Shown piece after piece: positions 42,639 to 52,757 of a DNA stretch of 64,000 bases. The first letter of the stretch is position 1. Every line of letters starts with the position of its first letter. The position numbers and the translations under genes are program-made. This DNA is from Escherichia phage vB_ESM-pEJ01: sequence record OP114734.1; one strand, given 5' to 3'. The notes below the pieces were generated by a model that was not told the DNA's origin, made no database searches, and saw only the letters and a list, made by a program, of their open reading frames with translations.

Positions 42639-43307
42639 TTATCCCCTTTGTTTCTTAACTGAATTTGGATCTGGATTTTCTGGTAGGTCTTCCAGACCCA
42701 TAGCATAACGTTGTGCATAGATTAGCATAAGAATATCGCGAGCGCAATCATGAATTGCATCATGTGCGATAAAACCATCTAGCGTACCCATTGGTAACGG
42801 GCATTCACACATACCACGATGCATCAATGTACGCTCAATGGCGGTGCGAACATCTCGGATGTTCCAGAATCGCACAGGTTCAAGATTGAACGTCTCACGG
42901 GTATTGTGTGCACGGCGGATCATATCAACCAGTAACGGAATATCAAACGCATTACCGCGTGACCACATTACGGATTTAACCGGATCTACTCCTACAGATT
43001 CACAGAATGCGTTAAAACGCGCTAAACCTTCTTTAGTTGATACTTCCGTACCATTTGTGATTAATTGCTTTCTCATGCCTTCTGAGGCGGTATTCTTCCA
43101 CCATTCAACCACACCATGATCAAACACCCTTACACCTTTCTGGGAAGGAATATCAAATTTTACCAGAAAGGAATTGTCAACCAGTTCTTTAAATGTAGGT
43201 GGGTTGTGCGGATCTTCTTTAAATCCGATTGCCGCCATATTGATCACCGCCCCATCAGGCGGATAACCTAAACTTTCAAAGTCAATCATTAAATCCACTG
43301 GAAGCAT
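42639..43307 (-). CDS. dexA: exonuclease A (DnaQ-like 3'-5' exonuclease)
   Basis: 222 aa; colinear with remembered T4 DexA (LEPVRFWNIRDVRT, GTLDGFIAHDAIHDCARDILM, YAMGLED). Confidence 0.88.
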   Translation of the reverse strand: MLPVDLMIDFESLGYPPDGAVINMAAIGFKEDPHNPPTFKELVDNSFLVKFDIPSQKGVRVFDHGVVEWWKNTASEGMRKQLITNGTEVSTKEGLARFNAFCESVGVDPVKSVMWSRGNAFDIPLLVDMIRRAHNTRETFNLEPVRFWNIRDVRTAIERTLMHRGMCECPLPMGTLDGFIAHDAIHDCARDILMLIYAQRYAMGLEDLPENPDPNSVKKQRG

Positions 43308-43308
43308 T

Positions 43309-43554
43309 TTAAATATCCTCCGCTATATGCCGGAACAACTCCAGATCGTTTTTATCTAGAATGAAACCGCTACAATCAATAATCCCTTTACCGTAATTAT
43401 CAGTTAACAGTCGGTCCGTTGCCATGTATGCGCGTACTTTGTTGTTAAAATTAATTACATGTTGTGCATAATCACAATGAATCTTTTGACGGTTCCACGC
43501 GACAATTGATTGTAGATGTATTACATTAGCCACATTATTAATAACAACCATATC
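43309..43554 (-). CDS. hypothetical protein
   Basis: 82 aa from the internal ATG (DMVVINN...); the track start at 43614 is a GTG inside a duplicated segment. Confidence 0.4.
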   Translation of the reverse strand, partial: DMVVINNVANVIHLQSIVAWNRQKIHCDYAQHVINFNNKVRAYMATDRLLTDNYGKGIIDCSGFILDKNDLELFRHIAEDI

Positions 43555-43603
43555 AAAACCCTCGCTTAGTGGAATGTTCTGGCATTTTATTGATACATTC
43601 AGC
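43548..43603. repeat. direct repeat copy A (~56 bp) of gene-junction sequence
   Basis: near-identical to 43725..43790 (catatcaaaa[a]cctc[g/t]cttagtg[g/a]aatg...cattttattgatacat[t/g]cagc). Confidence 0.6.
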
Positions 43604-43724
43604 TTGGTAGTCACGAGATTTTTTTGACGAATTAAGAGCTACAGCCAAAAATCCTGTAACTGTTCGTTTGTCATTTTTGGCTTACACCGCGTATCTAAAC
43701 CCTTCGTTCTTCTAGCTTCATTAG

Positions 43725-43790
43725 CCATATCAAAAACCTCTCTTAGTGAAATGCTCGATCATTTTATTGATACATGCAGCCTCACTATCG
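43725..43790. repeat. direct repeat copy B
   Basis: second copy, covering the 3' end of small ORF 43730..43897. Confidence 0.6.
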
Positions 43791-43897
43791 CCGGACACGT
43801 TCCAGCCGTATAGACCCCATCTAAAGCACATGGTAACAGTTCCATTGTGACGGCTTACCGTCACATCATTAAATTCTGGGATACTTCGCATAATCAT
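43730..43897 (-). CDS. small protein (55 aa), not in ORF track
   Basis: ATG at 43897 with SD GAGGAAA; MIMRSIPEFNDVTVSRHNGTVTMCFRWGLYGWNVSGDSEAACINKMIEHFTKRGF; first gene after dda. Confidence 0.45.
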   Translation of the reverse strand: MIMRSIPEFNDVTVSRHNGTVTMCFRWGLYGWNVSGDSEAACINKMIEHFTKRGF

Positions 43898-43907
43898 AAT
43901 AATTTCC

Positions 43908-45299
43908 TCAAATATAGTCTACTCGATACCTCGCACGGGTAACACCCACATATAATAACTGCATTGCCAATTCAAAGTCAACATTGTCTGTACACATGCA
44001 AGGAGTATACAGGAACACGCGGTCTACGCTGATCCCTTGTGACTTATGAATGGTGCAAGCTGGTAATGCTTTTACATTCAAGAACATACGCTTCATCGTC
44101 CAGAATGAATCCCAATCTGGTTTAAATTTTGGATTCTCTTTCTTCATTTCGCGATATTGTCCGGCGACCGTATTCAGATAGATAGAGAAAATGTTCTTCT
44201 GACGTTGTTCTGTCAGAATGTTGATTTCTACTAAATCTGGTTTATCTGTAGTGATTCCGACTGCATCTAAACCTACTTTCTGATTTAGGATTTCTTTGTC
44301 TTCGTCATCATCGACGCTTTCCACTTTCAGAGTATATCCTAAAACTGGTTGCGGATCTACCCCCGTGCAACGTAATGTAAATTCACGCGGGATGACCTCT
44401 TTAACTCGGATCATCTCACCATTGTTAAAAATAACATTGGGAATCTTCTTCCCGCGTTCATCTCGCAGATATTCGATCAATGGTTCCTGAGTAACCAGAA
44501 TTTCATCTACAATCACTGGTTCATCGGTGTTATAAACGCGCTTACGTACAATTTCATTGAGTTTTTCGACGCTCTTGTTAGTGTAGGCCAGAATACGGTT
44601 TTCTAGAAGGTCTTCCGGCGTTTTAACGGTTTCGAAATAATGCTTCATAAACTCCGGCAGAGTTGAGCTATGGAATACACCCTCGTTGCCGCACTGCTTT
44701 TCGAATACCCATTTACCATTACGGACAGCGGTCGCCACATCAATTATTGGCGCATTAGATCGTTTAATCTCTGTAAGTTCTACATTCTGAAACCTTTCAT
44801 CGGTGAAGAAAGGAGAGATCGACGTTGCACCGCTCGGATCAACTGGTCGTAACTGGTACAGATCACCCACGGCAATAATAACAATTCGACCGTTGATACT
44901 CTTCATGAGAATATCAAATAGTTTCTTATCGACCATACTCGCTTCATCAACAATGATGATCTGAACATCATCTAGCTTAGGAGTATCTTTTTGCTCAAAT
45001 ACTTGAGTATCTTCATAGTTGGTCGGGTTTAGTCGCAGTAGTGCATGTAAAGTAAATGCTTGACGACCTACCGCTTTACTCAAAACTTTTTTAGCCTGGT
45101 GGGTAGGCGTTGCCAAAACCACACCAGTTACACCACGACGGACCATTTCCTGAACAATGAATTTCATCATTGCGGTTTTACCAGTACCCGCCGCACCACG
45201 GACAGTTGTATGCTTCTTTTGTTCAATGCGTTTCATTAGAACATCAAAAGCATGTTTTTGCCCGTCTGTTAACATATCGAAAGTTAATACTCTGCTCAT
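43908..45299 (-). CDS. dda: Dda DNA helicase (SF1)
   Basis: 463 aa; Walker A GAAGTGKT, colinear with remembered T4 Dda (FTEIKRSNAPIIDVATAVRNGKW, YVGVTRARY). Confidence 0.9.
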   Translation of the reverse strand: MSRVLTFDMLTDGQKHAFDVLMKRIEQKKHTTVRGAAGTGKTAMMKFIVQEMVRRGVTGVVLATPTHQAKKVLSKAVGRQAFTLHALLRLNPTNYEDTQVFEQKDTPKLDDVQIIIVDEASMVDKKLFDILMKSINGRIVIIAVGDLYQLRPVDPSGATSISPFFTDERFQNVELTEIKRSNAPIIDVATAVRNGKWVFEKQCGNEGVFHSSTLPEFMKHYFETVKTPEDLLENRILAYTNKSVEKLNEIVRKRVYNTDEPVIVDEILVTQEPLIEYLRDERGKKIPNVIFNNGEMIRVKEVIPREFTLRCTGVDPQPVLGYTLKVESVDDDEDKEILNQKVGLDAVGITTDKPDLVEINILTEQRQKNIFSIYLNTVAGQYREMKKENPKFKPDWDSFWTMKRMFLNVKALPACTIHKSQGISVDRVFLYTPCMCTDNVDFELAMQLLYVGVTRARYRVDYI

Positions 45300-45613
45300 T
45301 ATCCTAAAATCCTCACCTTGCGAACACAGATAGTATTGAGTTCTCGCCGTACCCGTTCTTTTTCATATTCAGGAATTTTATATTCGATACCATCCCGAAC
45401 AATTTCAGAAGACCGGATTATGCCAAATTTTCGTTTAGGTACAACCTTGTATTTCGGTTCACCCGCCAATAGACTCTCACAATAATCTATCTGATCACAC
45501 ATTGACGCTAACGCAGCATCATGTGTTTCGCAAGTTAGGACGCGACCTTTCGCGTCCACTGAGTATTGAAAGAATCCGTCTTTATCACGATAACATACAG
45601 CAAATACATGCAT
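45299..45613 (-). CDS. hypothetical protein
   Basis: 104 aa track ORF upstream of dda. Confidence 0.4.
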   Translation of the reverse strand: MHVFAVCYRDKDGFFQYSVDAKGRVLTCETHDAALASMCDQIDYCESLLAGEPKYKVVPKRKFGIIRSSEIVRDGIEYKIPEYEKERVRRELNTICVRKVRILG

Positions 45614-46368
45614 TATAAACCTACCTTCGCTTTCATCAATTCAATCCACGACGCATCAATCGGAAGCCCGTATTTCACGCGTTCTTTTTGTGCTGGCGTT
45701 AAGTTCTCATACTTAGAAAGAGATTCAATCAAAACGCTGGTATATTTTAGCACGACTTCGGTATTGTTTGCAATAGCCTTAAGTTTTTCTTCTTTCTTGT
45801 TGATTTCGCTAAGGGCTTGCTTGAGATCTGCAATTTTCTGATAACGTTCTTCCATACGGAAGAGAGTATTTTTAATCGCTCGCTCGGCTGCCTCTGCTTT
45901 CTCCGGTTCGTTGTGCTTTTTGTGGCGCTCGATTGCTAACTTCTTTTCTTCGATTGCCATTTCCTGATTTTTGATGCGATTCTCGTTAAGTTCGATCCAC
46001 TCGATGTACTTCGCACGTAGGGCAATTTCATCATCAGAAAGTTTACCGTTAGTTCCTAGTTCCTGGATCTCTTTAAGAGATTCGATAGTGTGATTGCCAC
46101 GGAAAGAATTGTATTTCAGTTTAACCGGAATTACACTGCCATCAACATATCCTAGATTGCAATCAATGCGCTCTAAGGAGAGTCCATCATCACCTTCACC
46201 GAACGCTTCACCGGAATAGGCGCAATGAGTCTGACGGTAAATGTTGCGCACAGTGACTAAGCTCATAGAGAAGTCTTTGTTGCGACGTGAAGCGCCAGCC
46301 ATGATAGAGTTCAGACGGAAAACAACCAGCGCCAATTCTTCGTTAGATTTAAAAGCAAACAGTTTCAT
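45613..46368 (-). CDS. hypothetical protein with C-terminal coiled coil
   Basis: 251 aa; promoter 46398..46426 and SD AAGGAG; position corresponds to the T4 srd/mod region but identity not established. Confidence 0.4.
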   Translation of the reverse strand: MKLFAFKSNEELALVVFRLNSIMAGASRRNKDFSMSLVTVRNIYRQTHCAYSGEAFGEGDDGLSLERIDCNLGYVDGSVIPVKLKYNSFRGNHTIESLKEIQELGTNGKLSDDEIALRAKYIEWIELNENRIKNQEMAIEEKKLAIERHKKHNEPEKAEAAERAIKNTLFRMEERYQKIADLKQALSEINKKEEKLKAIANNTEVVLKYTSVLIESLSKYENLTPAQKERVKYGLPIDASWIELMKAKVGL

Positions 46369-46397
46369 AATTGATTCTCCTTAGTTGGCATGTGTGT

Positions 46398-46426
46398 ATT
46401 ATTGTCTATCTGGTTTGTGCTGTCAA
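46398..46426 (-). promoter_or_regulatory. sigma70-like promoter (TTGACA-17-AATAAT)
   Basis: canonical spacing upstream of ORF 45613..46368. Confidence 0.4.
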
Positions 46427-46429
46427 CAC

Positions 46430-46933
46430 TTAAATTAAAGAAAATTTGTAAATCTCTATCAGATCGCCATTACACGCGTAAACTTCCTCGATCTCATCAA
46501 GGATCATGGTCGTCCCTGTCTTGTATATGCACTCGCGCTCATCTGCCAACATAGCATACAAAGACAGTCGAGTAGTCGGATTGTCATACTCTTTAGACAC
46601 CACTCGGTCAATAGCATGTTCGTAATAATTCATGCAAGGCTTGGTAGGTTTTATTGCAATAATCTTTCCTGTTGCATAAACATCGGTTGCAAAGTCCTCT
46701 GCTGTTGATTGCAGTGGCGTAAAGCTCATAGGACGCTCTACAACGAAAGAATCGCCTACAATTAAGGTATCCAGCTTACGGCCTTCTCTTTTGCTCACAC
46801 CGCGATACAAGGCTTCATGATGCACTAACCGCTCAGTCTTTTCAATCAATCCATTAAGGATCGACATATCGATATTTTCTTTAGAGTTCATCACCTCATC
46901 AATGATGTTAAGTTCTTCTGGTGTAAATTGCAT
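46430..46933 (-). CDS. hypothetical protein (weak ADP-ribosyltransferase-like R/S-T/E-x-E pattern)
   Basis: 167 aa; YRG..., ...QSTAEDF..., ...ADERE... in the order expected for an ART triad; located where T4 carries modA/modB; speculative. Confidence 0.3.
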   Translation of the reverse strand: MQFTPEELNIIDEVMNSKENIDMSILNGLIEKTERLVHHEALYRGVSKREGRKLDTLIVGDSFVVERPMSFTPLQSTAEDFATDVYATGKIIAIKPTKPCMNYYEHAIDRVVSKEYDNPTTRLSLYAMLADERECIYKTGTTMILDEIEEVYACNGDLIEIYKFSLI

Positions 46934-47002
46934 AATAAAAAAGCCTCCAATCTTTCGACGGGAGGCATAATAAAACCATGATAGAGTAGTGTCAACTAAT
47001 TT

Positions 47003-47527
47003 TTAGTAGCCTCGTTCTTGACGGGCGAAGTTTTCAGCATTTTTCAGATAGTACAGAATAAAGAGTTCTTGAGCGTCAATACCCAGCGGGATCATCTTTG
47101 ACAGAATGAAGTGGATCGCGTCCACAAATTCAAATTTCACTTCAAGCTGATCTTCCGGTGACAGTTCAGAGAATTTACGCGCTCGCGCTTCTCCGTGGTT
47201 CTTTTTCCACATTTTCCAGATTGCACTTGCATCTTTACCATTGGACATTCCACCCAGCGATGTGTAAAGCTCTCGTGTTTCGTCTGCGATAGCGTCATCC
47301 ATCCGCTGCATCCAATCCAGCATTTCACCGCAAGTCTCTAGCTTAGTTGGATTTGGGACCCAATCAAATTTTTCGGATAATGCAACCTGCAAACCAGTTT
47401 GCATTTCGAGCATCACCTGAAACGGATCTTTACCTTCTGCAATAGCGTGATGATATGCGGCGATAGCCGCGTTAATATCTTTTTCGTTAACCAGACCAGC
47501 ACAAGAATTAAATTCTGACATATTCAC
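47003..47527 (-). CDS. 56: MazG-like dCTP/dUTP pyrophosphatase
   Basis: 174 aa; KDPFQVMLEMQ, SPEDQLEVKFEFVDAIHF and C-terminal LYYLKNAENFARQERGY fit the T4 gp56-type enzyme; adjacent to gene 61 as in T4. Confidence 0.7.
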   Translation of the reverse strand: MNMSEFNSCAGLVNEKDINAAIAAYHHAIAEGKDPFQVMLEMQTGLQVALSEKFDWVPNPTKLETCGEMLDWMQRMDDAIADETRELYTSLGGMSNGKDASAIWKMWKKNHGEARARKFSELSPEDQLEVKFEFVDAIHFILSKMIPLGIDAQELFILYYLKNAENFARQERGY

Positions 47528-47535
47528 CTCATTAA

Positions 47536-48564
47536 TTAAAATTTACAATATTTCATAAACCGCATTTTAGCCATCAGACCTTGTACGGTGTTCTCTTTGA
47601 TATATTCCATGATCTGGTCGCGTGTAGCGCCCTCGTCCTGAATCATGGCGTTGACGTCTTTAGAATGCCACGGGCAACGATCCCACAATACAATCTTTTC
47701 CCCTGCATTGATAAACTTTTCCAGTCGGTGCATTGTATCGGCAGACCGTGGTTCCGCATCAAGTACAAACACTCGCTGATCAGGGAAAGGAATTTCATCT
47801 AATCCCAAAGTACCGCCAGTAATTGCACACCCGTTATCAATAAACAATGAATCGATCGGACCTTCTAAGAAATACACTGGCCTACTCGGATCGGCGCGTT
47901 CAAGACCATAGACCTTACTCGCTAACTCATGAGTTTTAATCGTCATATATTTGGTCTTTCCGTAATCCTTTCTCAATGCTCGCCCCTGAATGGATTCTAT
48001 CTTGTTCTCGCGGTTAAAGATAGGAATCACTAAACGCGGTTCAGGTTGTGGATTCTTGAAAGTATCAGCCTTAATGTGATTTGCTACCTTTTGCCATTCT
48101 CTCGTGAAATACAGAAGATCCCATTTATCGTGGGGAATGCAACGATCACTGACATACTTTATTATAGGATGATTAGCCGGAAGAGTATCTAACCTCTCGC
48201 AGAAAGGCAATGTTTGCACTTTCTTAATCTCCGGCTTTTCTACCTTTTTCAGTGGCTTGAACGTGGTGTTCTTGTGGTCGCCTTGTTCCTTCCGTCGTTC
48301 CATAAGCCATTCCCTGAATAGGTCCGGCTTATATTGTTTAAGAAATTCACCTAACGGCTGATTATAGTTACAGTTGAAGCAACCACAACGCAAACTATCT
48401 TTATAGGTATAGATACGGAATCGCGCTTGAGTATGATTTTTCTTTGAGTCACCGCAGATCGGACAACTACACACCAGCGTAAATGAGCTAGTATGCAACC
48501 GTTTAAAATTTCGTTCGCCGTATATGGCTTTTTCCGCTATTTCATAATCTGCGTAGTAAATCAT
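47536..48564 (-). CDS. 61: DNA primase gp61
   Basis: 342 aa; N-terminal zinc ribbon (CSCPICGD...CGCFNC), TOPRIM-like core, T4 gp61 size. Confidence 0.88.
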   Translation of the reverse strand: MIYYADYEIAEKAIYGERNFKRLHTSSFTLVCSCPICGDSKKNHTQARFRIYTYKDSLRCGCFNCNYNQPLGEFLKQYKPDLFREWLMERRKEQGDHKNTTFKPLKKVEKPEIKKVQTLPFCERLDTLPANHPIIKYVSDRCIPHDKWDLLYFTREWQKVANHIKADTFKNPQPEPRLVIPIFNRENKIESIQGRALRKDYGKTKYMTIKTHELASKVYGLERADPSRPVYFLEGPIDSLFIDNGCAITGGTLGLDEIPFPDQRVFVLDAEPRSADTMHRLEKFINAGEKIVLWDRCPWHSKDVNAMIQDEGATRDQIMEYIKENTVQGLMAKMRFMKYCKF

Positions 48565-48573
48565 AATAACCTC

Positions 48574-48777
48574 TTATAGCTCAAATTTCATGAAAGTTCC
48601 CACACTTTCATTTTCATTCTCTCCGTTTTCATCTAAGCCAAATTTGTAGACACTACCATCTGGCGATGTGTAAGAGAATACACGAAAACGGCCTACCGGA
48701 TCAAGTTCTGTAAATTCATATTCTTTTCCGGCTTCAAAAAGTGAATATGTGCTTTTAAGACATTTCATCGTGATCAT
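48574..48777 (-). CDS. hypothetical small protein
   Basis: 67 aa track ORF. Confidence 0.4.
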   Translation of the reverse strand: MITMKCLKSTYSLFEAGKEYEFTELDPVGRFRVFSYTSPDGSVYKFGLDENGENENESVGTFMKFEL

Positions 48778-49040
48778 TTAAGCGCCACCGACAACAGAAT
48801 GAGAACTACACCAACATACATTGTGATCTCGGATAACTTTTCTGTTTTTGTTTTGTGTCCAGATAATCCGAAAACAACAACACCGACAATAGCGGACAGC
48901 AAGCCAACGATAAACATGATGATACTAAGCACCGTCTTTCTCCTTTTTGCGTTTTTCTTTACCCGATATACTAGGTCCACGATTGGTAATAGATCCGCTC
49001 GTTTCACCTGCTGCGATCTTCTCAGGATTGCCGCCAGCAT
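48774..49040 (-). CDS. small membrane protein (two predicted TM helices)
   Basis: 88 aa; hydrophobic stretches IIMFIVGLLSAIVGVVVFGL and MYVGVVLILLSVAL. Confidence 0.4.
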   Translation of the reverse strand: MLAAILRRSQQVKRADLLPIVDLVYRVKKNAKRRKTVLSIIMFIVGLLSAIVGVVVFGLSGHKTKTEKLSEITMYVGVVLILLSVALK

Positions 49041-49097
49041 CGCCAGCGGTCATATCTTCTTTGAGTTTATTTTCTTCAACAAACTGTTTAAAGCCAA

Positions 49098-49472
49098 TCA
49101 TAGAATAATCTCTTTCAGTAAGTCAACAATCTGGTCTTTCGTCAGTTTATCCTGATTCTCTACAATCTTGATAACACAAGCGTTAACATCTTTTCGAGTA
49201 ACGCGGGAGATCGTTTTAATACGATGAAACGGTTCGTAGAAATATACTGCTTCATTATAGAGCGCAGCAATTTTTCGACGCATTTGATCTTTATCAGCCA
49301 GAAAAACAATTGCAGTTTTCGGATCTACACCAGCCACATCATAAAGTTCGGCGACTCCCCAGCGTCCTTCCGGTTCAACCATCCCAGCGTGTTTACCGTT
49401 AATAAAGATAAGAACGTCTCCGTTATTTGCGGTTTTAAATGCTACATCTTCCGGTGTAATCATATTTTTCAT
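49098..49472 (-). CDS. hypothetical protein
   Basis: 124 aa track ORF. Confidence 0.4.
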   Translation of the reverse strand: MKNMITPEDVAFKTANNGDVLIFINGKHAGMVEPEGRWGVAELYDVAGVDPKTAIVFLADKDQMRRKIAALYNEAVYFYEPFHRIKTISRVTRKDVNACVIKIVENQDKLTKDQIVDLLKEIIL

Positions 49473-49502
49473 AATATAGTCTCCTTAGAGTTTCATTATA
49501 GG

Positions 49503-50138
49503 TCAAGCGAACGTAGAAAGCAAATGTTTTGTTTCTTTCAGTTGTCTTTCAAGATCTTTGCGTTTCTCTTTAAGTTGCATTTTAGCATTATTTCGCTCTC
49601 TTGAAACCTCTCTATCAATGCTCTTAGTCCAATTATCAATATCAGAATAAGTTGGCATACCCAATTCTAAGCCTAATGCGGTTGGATACAGGGTAACAGT
49701 CCATAAACCGCTAATCTTCTTAAATAGGTCGGGGTGTAGTGTACTATCTACATCTTCCGGTGTCAACTCTTTTTCTTCTTTCAGTGGTGGGATCTCGTCA
49801 TATGGTTCCAGTGCATTTACTTTAATATCAGATACCTCATCAAAGAATCCGCGTACATCCGCAGGAAATACACAAGCAATTTCCCAACCGTGGTCACGCA
49901 GAGAAGTAATATTTTTCACTCCCCCACCATGTGTGATGATTGATGTGACATTGCCATCAAGGTCCACCGAATTTACGAGAAATGGCTTATCGTCTGTCAG
50001 ATCATTATAAAACTGTGCTTCGGCTGTAGTCATCTCCAGAAACAGATCTCGGATCGGACGACCATCAGGTGCGTTACCTTCCTTGAGAGTATAAAAACGA
50101 CTTACGATCCATTTTGGCGGTAAAGCATTAGCGATCAT
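49503..50138 (-). CDS. hypothetical protein
   Basis: 211 aa track ORF immediately downstream of gene 41 (T4 61.x slot). Confidence 0.4.
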   Translation of the reverse strand: MIANALPPKWIVSRFYTLKEGNAPDGRPIRDLFLEMTTAEAQFYNDLTDDKPFLVNSVDLDGNVTSIITHGGGVKNITSLRDHGWEIACVFPADVRGFFDEVSDIKVNALEPYDEIPPLKEEKELTPEDVDSTLHPDLFKKISGLWTVTLYPTALGLELGMPTYSDIDNWTKSIDREVSRERNNAKMQLKEKRKDLERQLKETKHLLSTFA

Positions 50139-50188
50139 GTTATATCTCCTATCAAATCATTCACCAGCGCCCCGCAGGGCGCATTTTA

Positions 50189-51601
50189 TTAGAAAGTCAT
50201 GTTATTTGCTAGCTCGTCGAGTTTTTCTCGTTTCTCGGCTTGCTGTGCGCTTTGTGGTTTAACTTGTGCATTCTCCTGATCTGCGATCTGGTTTGGTACT
50301 TCATACCAACGCTGATTGCCTTTTTTCACACCAACGTTAAACCGTGAATAATAGTTCTTATCACCGTAACGAGACTTGATCTGCTTCATGAGTTGGACGC
50401 CCATTTTAGCCAGGTCTTCGGTTTCGATAACACCCAACATAAAGTCGGCAGTAGCCGGAAGACCTGCCGATTCAGCGGTATCACTCATGTTAAGGTCGGA
50501 AGCATCCCAACCCGCGCGGGTAGTCTGTGCCGCAGTCCAACCAACAACATCCCACTTAACAAAAAATCCTCGCAGTTCTTCCGCAATCGCCTTAACTAGT
50601 GTGTAACTATTTTCAGAGTATACACGCAAGCGAGACGATGCGCAAATCCCAAGATAGTCAACAATCACAACATCAGGTTTAAACTGTTTCTTGAGTCGCA
50701 ATTCATTCATTAACGCCTCAAAGTGATTGGAGTTCGCGCCACCAGTCGGATACTGCTTGATCATCAATTTTCCAACCGGACGATCTCCGATCTTCTTATT
50801 CTTAACACGCTTCATACGTGCGGAATATTCCGCAAAAGAAACATTACCATTATCCAATTCATCTAATGTAATGTCAAGCAAGTTTGCGTCAATACGTTTG
50901 GCTACGACATGCTCTGCCATCTCCATTGAGATATACAATACATCATAACCACATTCCATATAATCCGCAGCAAGAGAACACAGTCCAAGCGATTTGCCAA
51001 CGTTTACACCAGCAAGCAACACGTTTAGCGTTTTTCTTTCCGCCCCTCCTTTCGTGATTTTATTCAACATCGGCAGCTTAAATGGGATCTTATTCGCCTT
51101 AGTCTGATATAACAGGAATCGTTTTTCAAAGTCATTAAACCAGTCATGACCTACATCAGAATCAAACGTAATGGATAGTGCTTCCTGCATAATTTCAGGA
51201 ATAGCGCCCTCACTAGGCAATTTCTTATTCTGTTTCTCTTTTGGTAGTTGTGCGTTCGCCTGAATCTCTAGCGCCCGTGACATTGCATTGTACATAGCAC
51301 GGTCACGAATAAATTTTTCGGTTTCCTTCATTAACCAATCAAGGTCTTCCGGTGTATTCTCCAGCGAATCGAGAAGAGTTTTAGCCCCTTCATATGTTGT
51401 CTGATTGCCTCTCTCCTTGTCTAAAGCAATCTGTAATGCAGTTGGCGTAGGAATATTGGAATATTCGTCTACGTGCTTTTTAATCAGCTTATAAATCAGT
51501 TTTTCTTCGTCTTCGGTGAAGTAGTCCGCTTTAAGGTGAGGCCATACATTCGTAAAGAATGCGCCATTGTAAATCAACTGTGAAAAGATAGTTTTAATCA
51601 T
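50189..51601 (-). CDS. 41: replicative DNA helicase gp41 (DnaB-like)
   Basis: 470 aa; N-terminus colinear with remembered T4 gp41; Walker A ...AGVNVGKS... Confidence 0.9.
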   Translation of the reverse strand: MIKTIFSQLIYNGAFFTNVWPHLKADYFTEDEEKLIYKLIKKHVDEYSNIPTPTALQIALDKERGNQTTYEGAKTLLDSLENTPEDLDWLMKETEKFIRDRAMYNAMSRALEIQANAQLPKEKQNKKLPSEGAIPEIMQEALSITFDSDVGHDWFNDFEKRFLLYQTKANKIPFKLPMLNKITKGGAERKTLNVLLAGVNVGKSLGLCSLAADYMECGYDVLYISMEMAEHVVAKRIDANLLDITLDELDNGNVSFAEYSARMKRVKNKKIGDRPVGKLMIKQYPTGGANSNHFEALMNELRLKKQFKPDVVIVDYLGICASSRLRVYSENSYTLVKAIAEELRGFFVKWDVVGWTAAQTTRAGWDASDLNMSDTAESAGLPATADFMLGVIETEDLAKMGVQLMKQIKSRYGDKNYYSRFNVGVKKGNQRWYEVPNQIADQENAQVKPQSAQQAEKREKLDELANNMTF

Positions 51602-51915
51602 ACGTAGCCCCCAACTACACGCATAACAAAGGTCTTGAGTTTATACCAGAAAGTTTCTTTTTTCAACTTTTCTTCTGCTTCTTTGATCTGCGCGGTTAAC
51701 GCCTTAATGACGTGTGGATATACCACATCACGATCTGACGGCGTGGAGTAGTCGACCACAATACCTTTAGTGTCTGGATCGTATTCAACATTATGAATAT
51801 AGACAATATGATGTTCTCCCTCTTCATCAACAATTATCAGTTCCTGAATAACTGTCTTCATTGCTTCTTGAATCAAGCTGTGTGCTTCTTCTAAACTTGT
51901 TGGTTTCTTATCCAT
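51598..51915 (-). CDS. hypothetical protein in the gene 40 position
   Basis: 105 aa; hydrophobic C-terminal tail; call is positional only. Confidence 0.3.
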   Translation of the reverse strand: MDKKPTSLEEAHSLIQEAMKTVIQELIIVDEEGEHHIVYIHNVEYDPDTKGIVVDYSTPSDRDVVYPHVIKALTAQIKEAEEKLKKETFWYKLKTFVMRVVGGYV

Positions 51916-51956
51916 AATATAATCCTCTCAGTCAAAATATCATTTTACTACTTTAA

Positions 51957-52733
51957 TTATTCTATGTCAACAAATTTCCAATTTGGAAAGTCTGGACTCA
52001 TACAACGACGCCGAACGGTTCCGCGCTCGTTTCCTAGTACCTTAGATACTTCCGATACAGATTTATAAATCACACCATCAACAAATACAGCCTTTCGGTC
52101 TTTCCTGTTTTGGTTTTTGCTCTTTTCTCTTCTGGCTTCTACGTTATCCGAATCATTCCATTGTCTCTTTGCTGTCTCTCTGGAAGATATTGCCTTTTGT
52201 TCTTTAACAATATCTTTAACGAGTTGTTCTTGTCCTGTTATCTTCGCCCACACATTAACAGACTGGATAGCATTAGCCTCACTCATTCCCCAGCGTTTGC
52301 CGGATATATTCTTACGACGCACGCGTAGAAATTCGTTAAAGACTTCTTCGCATTGGTGCATATAATCACGAAATCCATATTTCTTAGCCCATGCCTCTTT
52401 AATTGCATCAGACATATTTTCGGCAATACGTCTACGCATCCATGCATACTCCTTATTATTGCGACCGTGACTGGTCATGCACATCATACGCGAAGCCATA
52501 ATAAGACCCACATGTTTAGGATACATTTTAGCTAAAAGTAGATGTGCTGTAAAGTGTTCCTCTGGAGTCAATGGAACGAGATTTTCGTGGTCATCGGTTC
52601 CACCCATACAACGTGGTTTAACGTGATGGATCTCTACATATCCGGTCGGCTTCTCGCGGGTTCTTGCTCGTTCAATCAATTTTTTGTAATGTGCTTTGTA
52701 GTTCATGTGATCCTCCATATGAAAAAGGGGCAT
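51957..52733 (-). mobile_element. freestanding HNH homing endonuclease (basic C-terminal DNA-binding region)
   Basis: 258 aa; HNH core GYVEIHHVKPRCMGGTDDHENLVPLTPEEH; lysine/arginine-rich C-terminal half; inserted between uvsX and gene 40/41. Confidence 0.75.
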
Positions 52734-52757
52734 AACGCCCCTTAACTGTCACTGATA

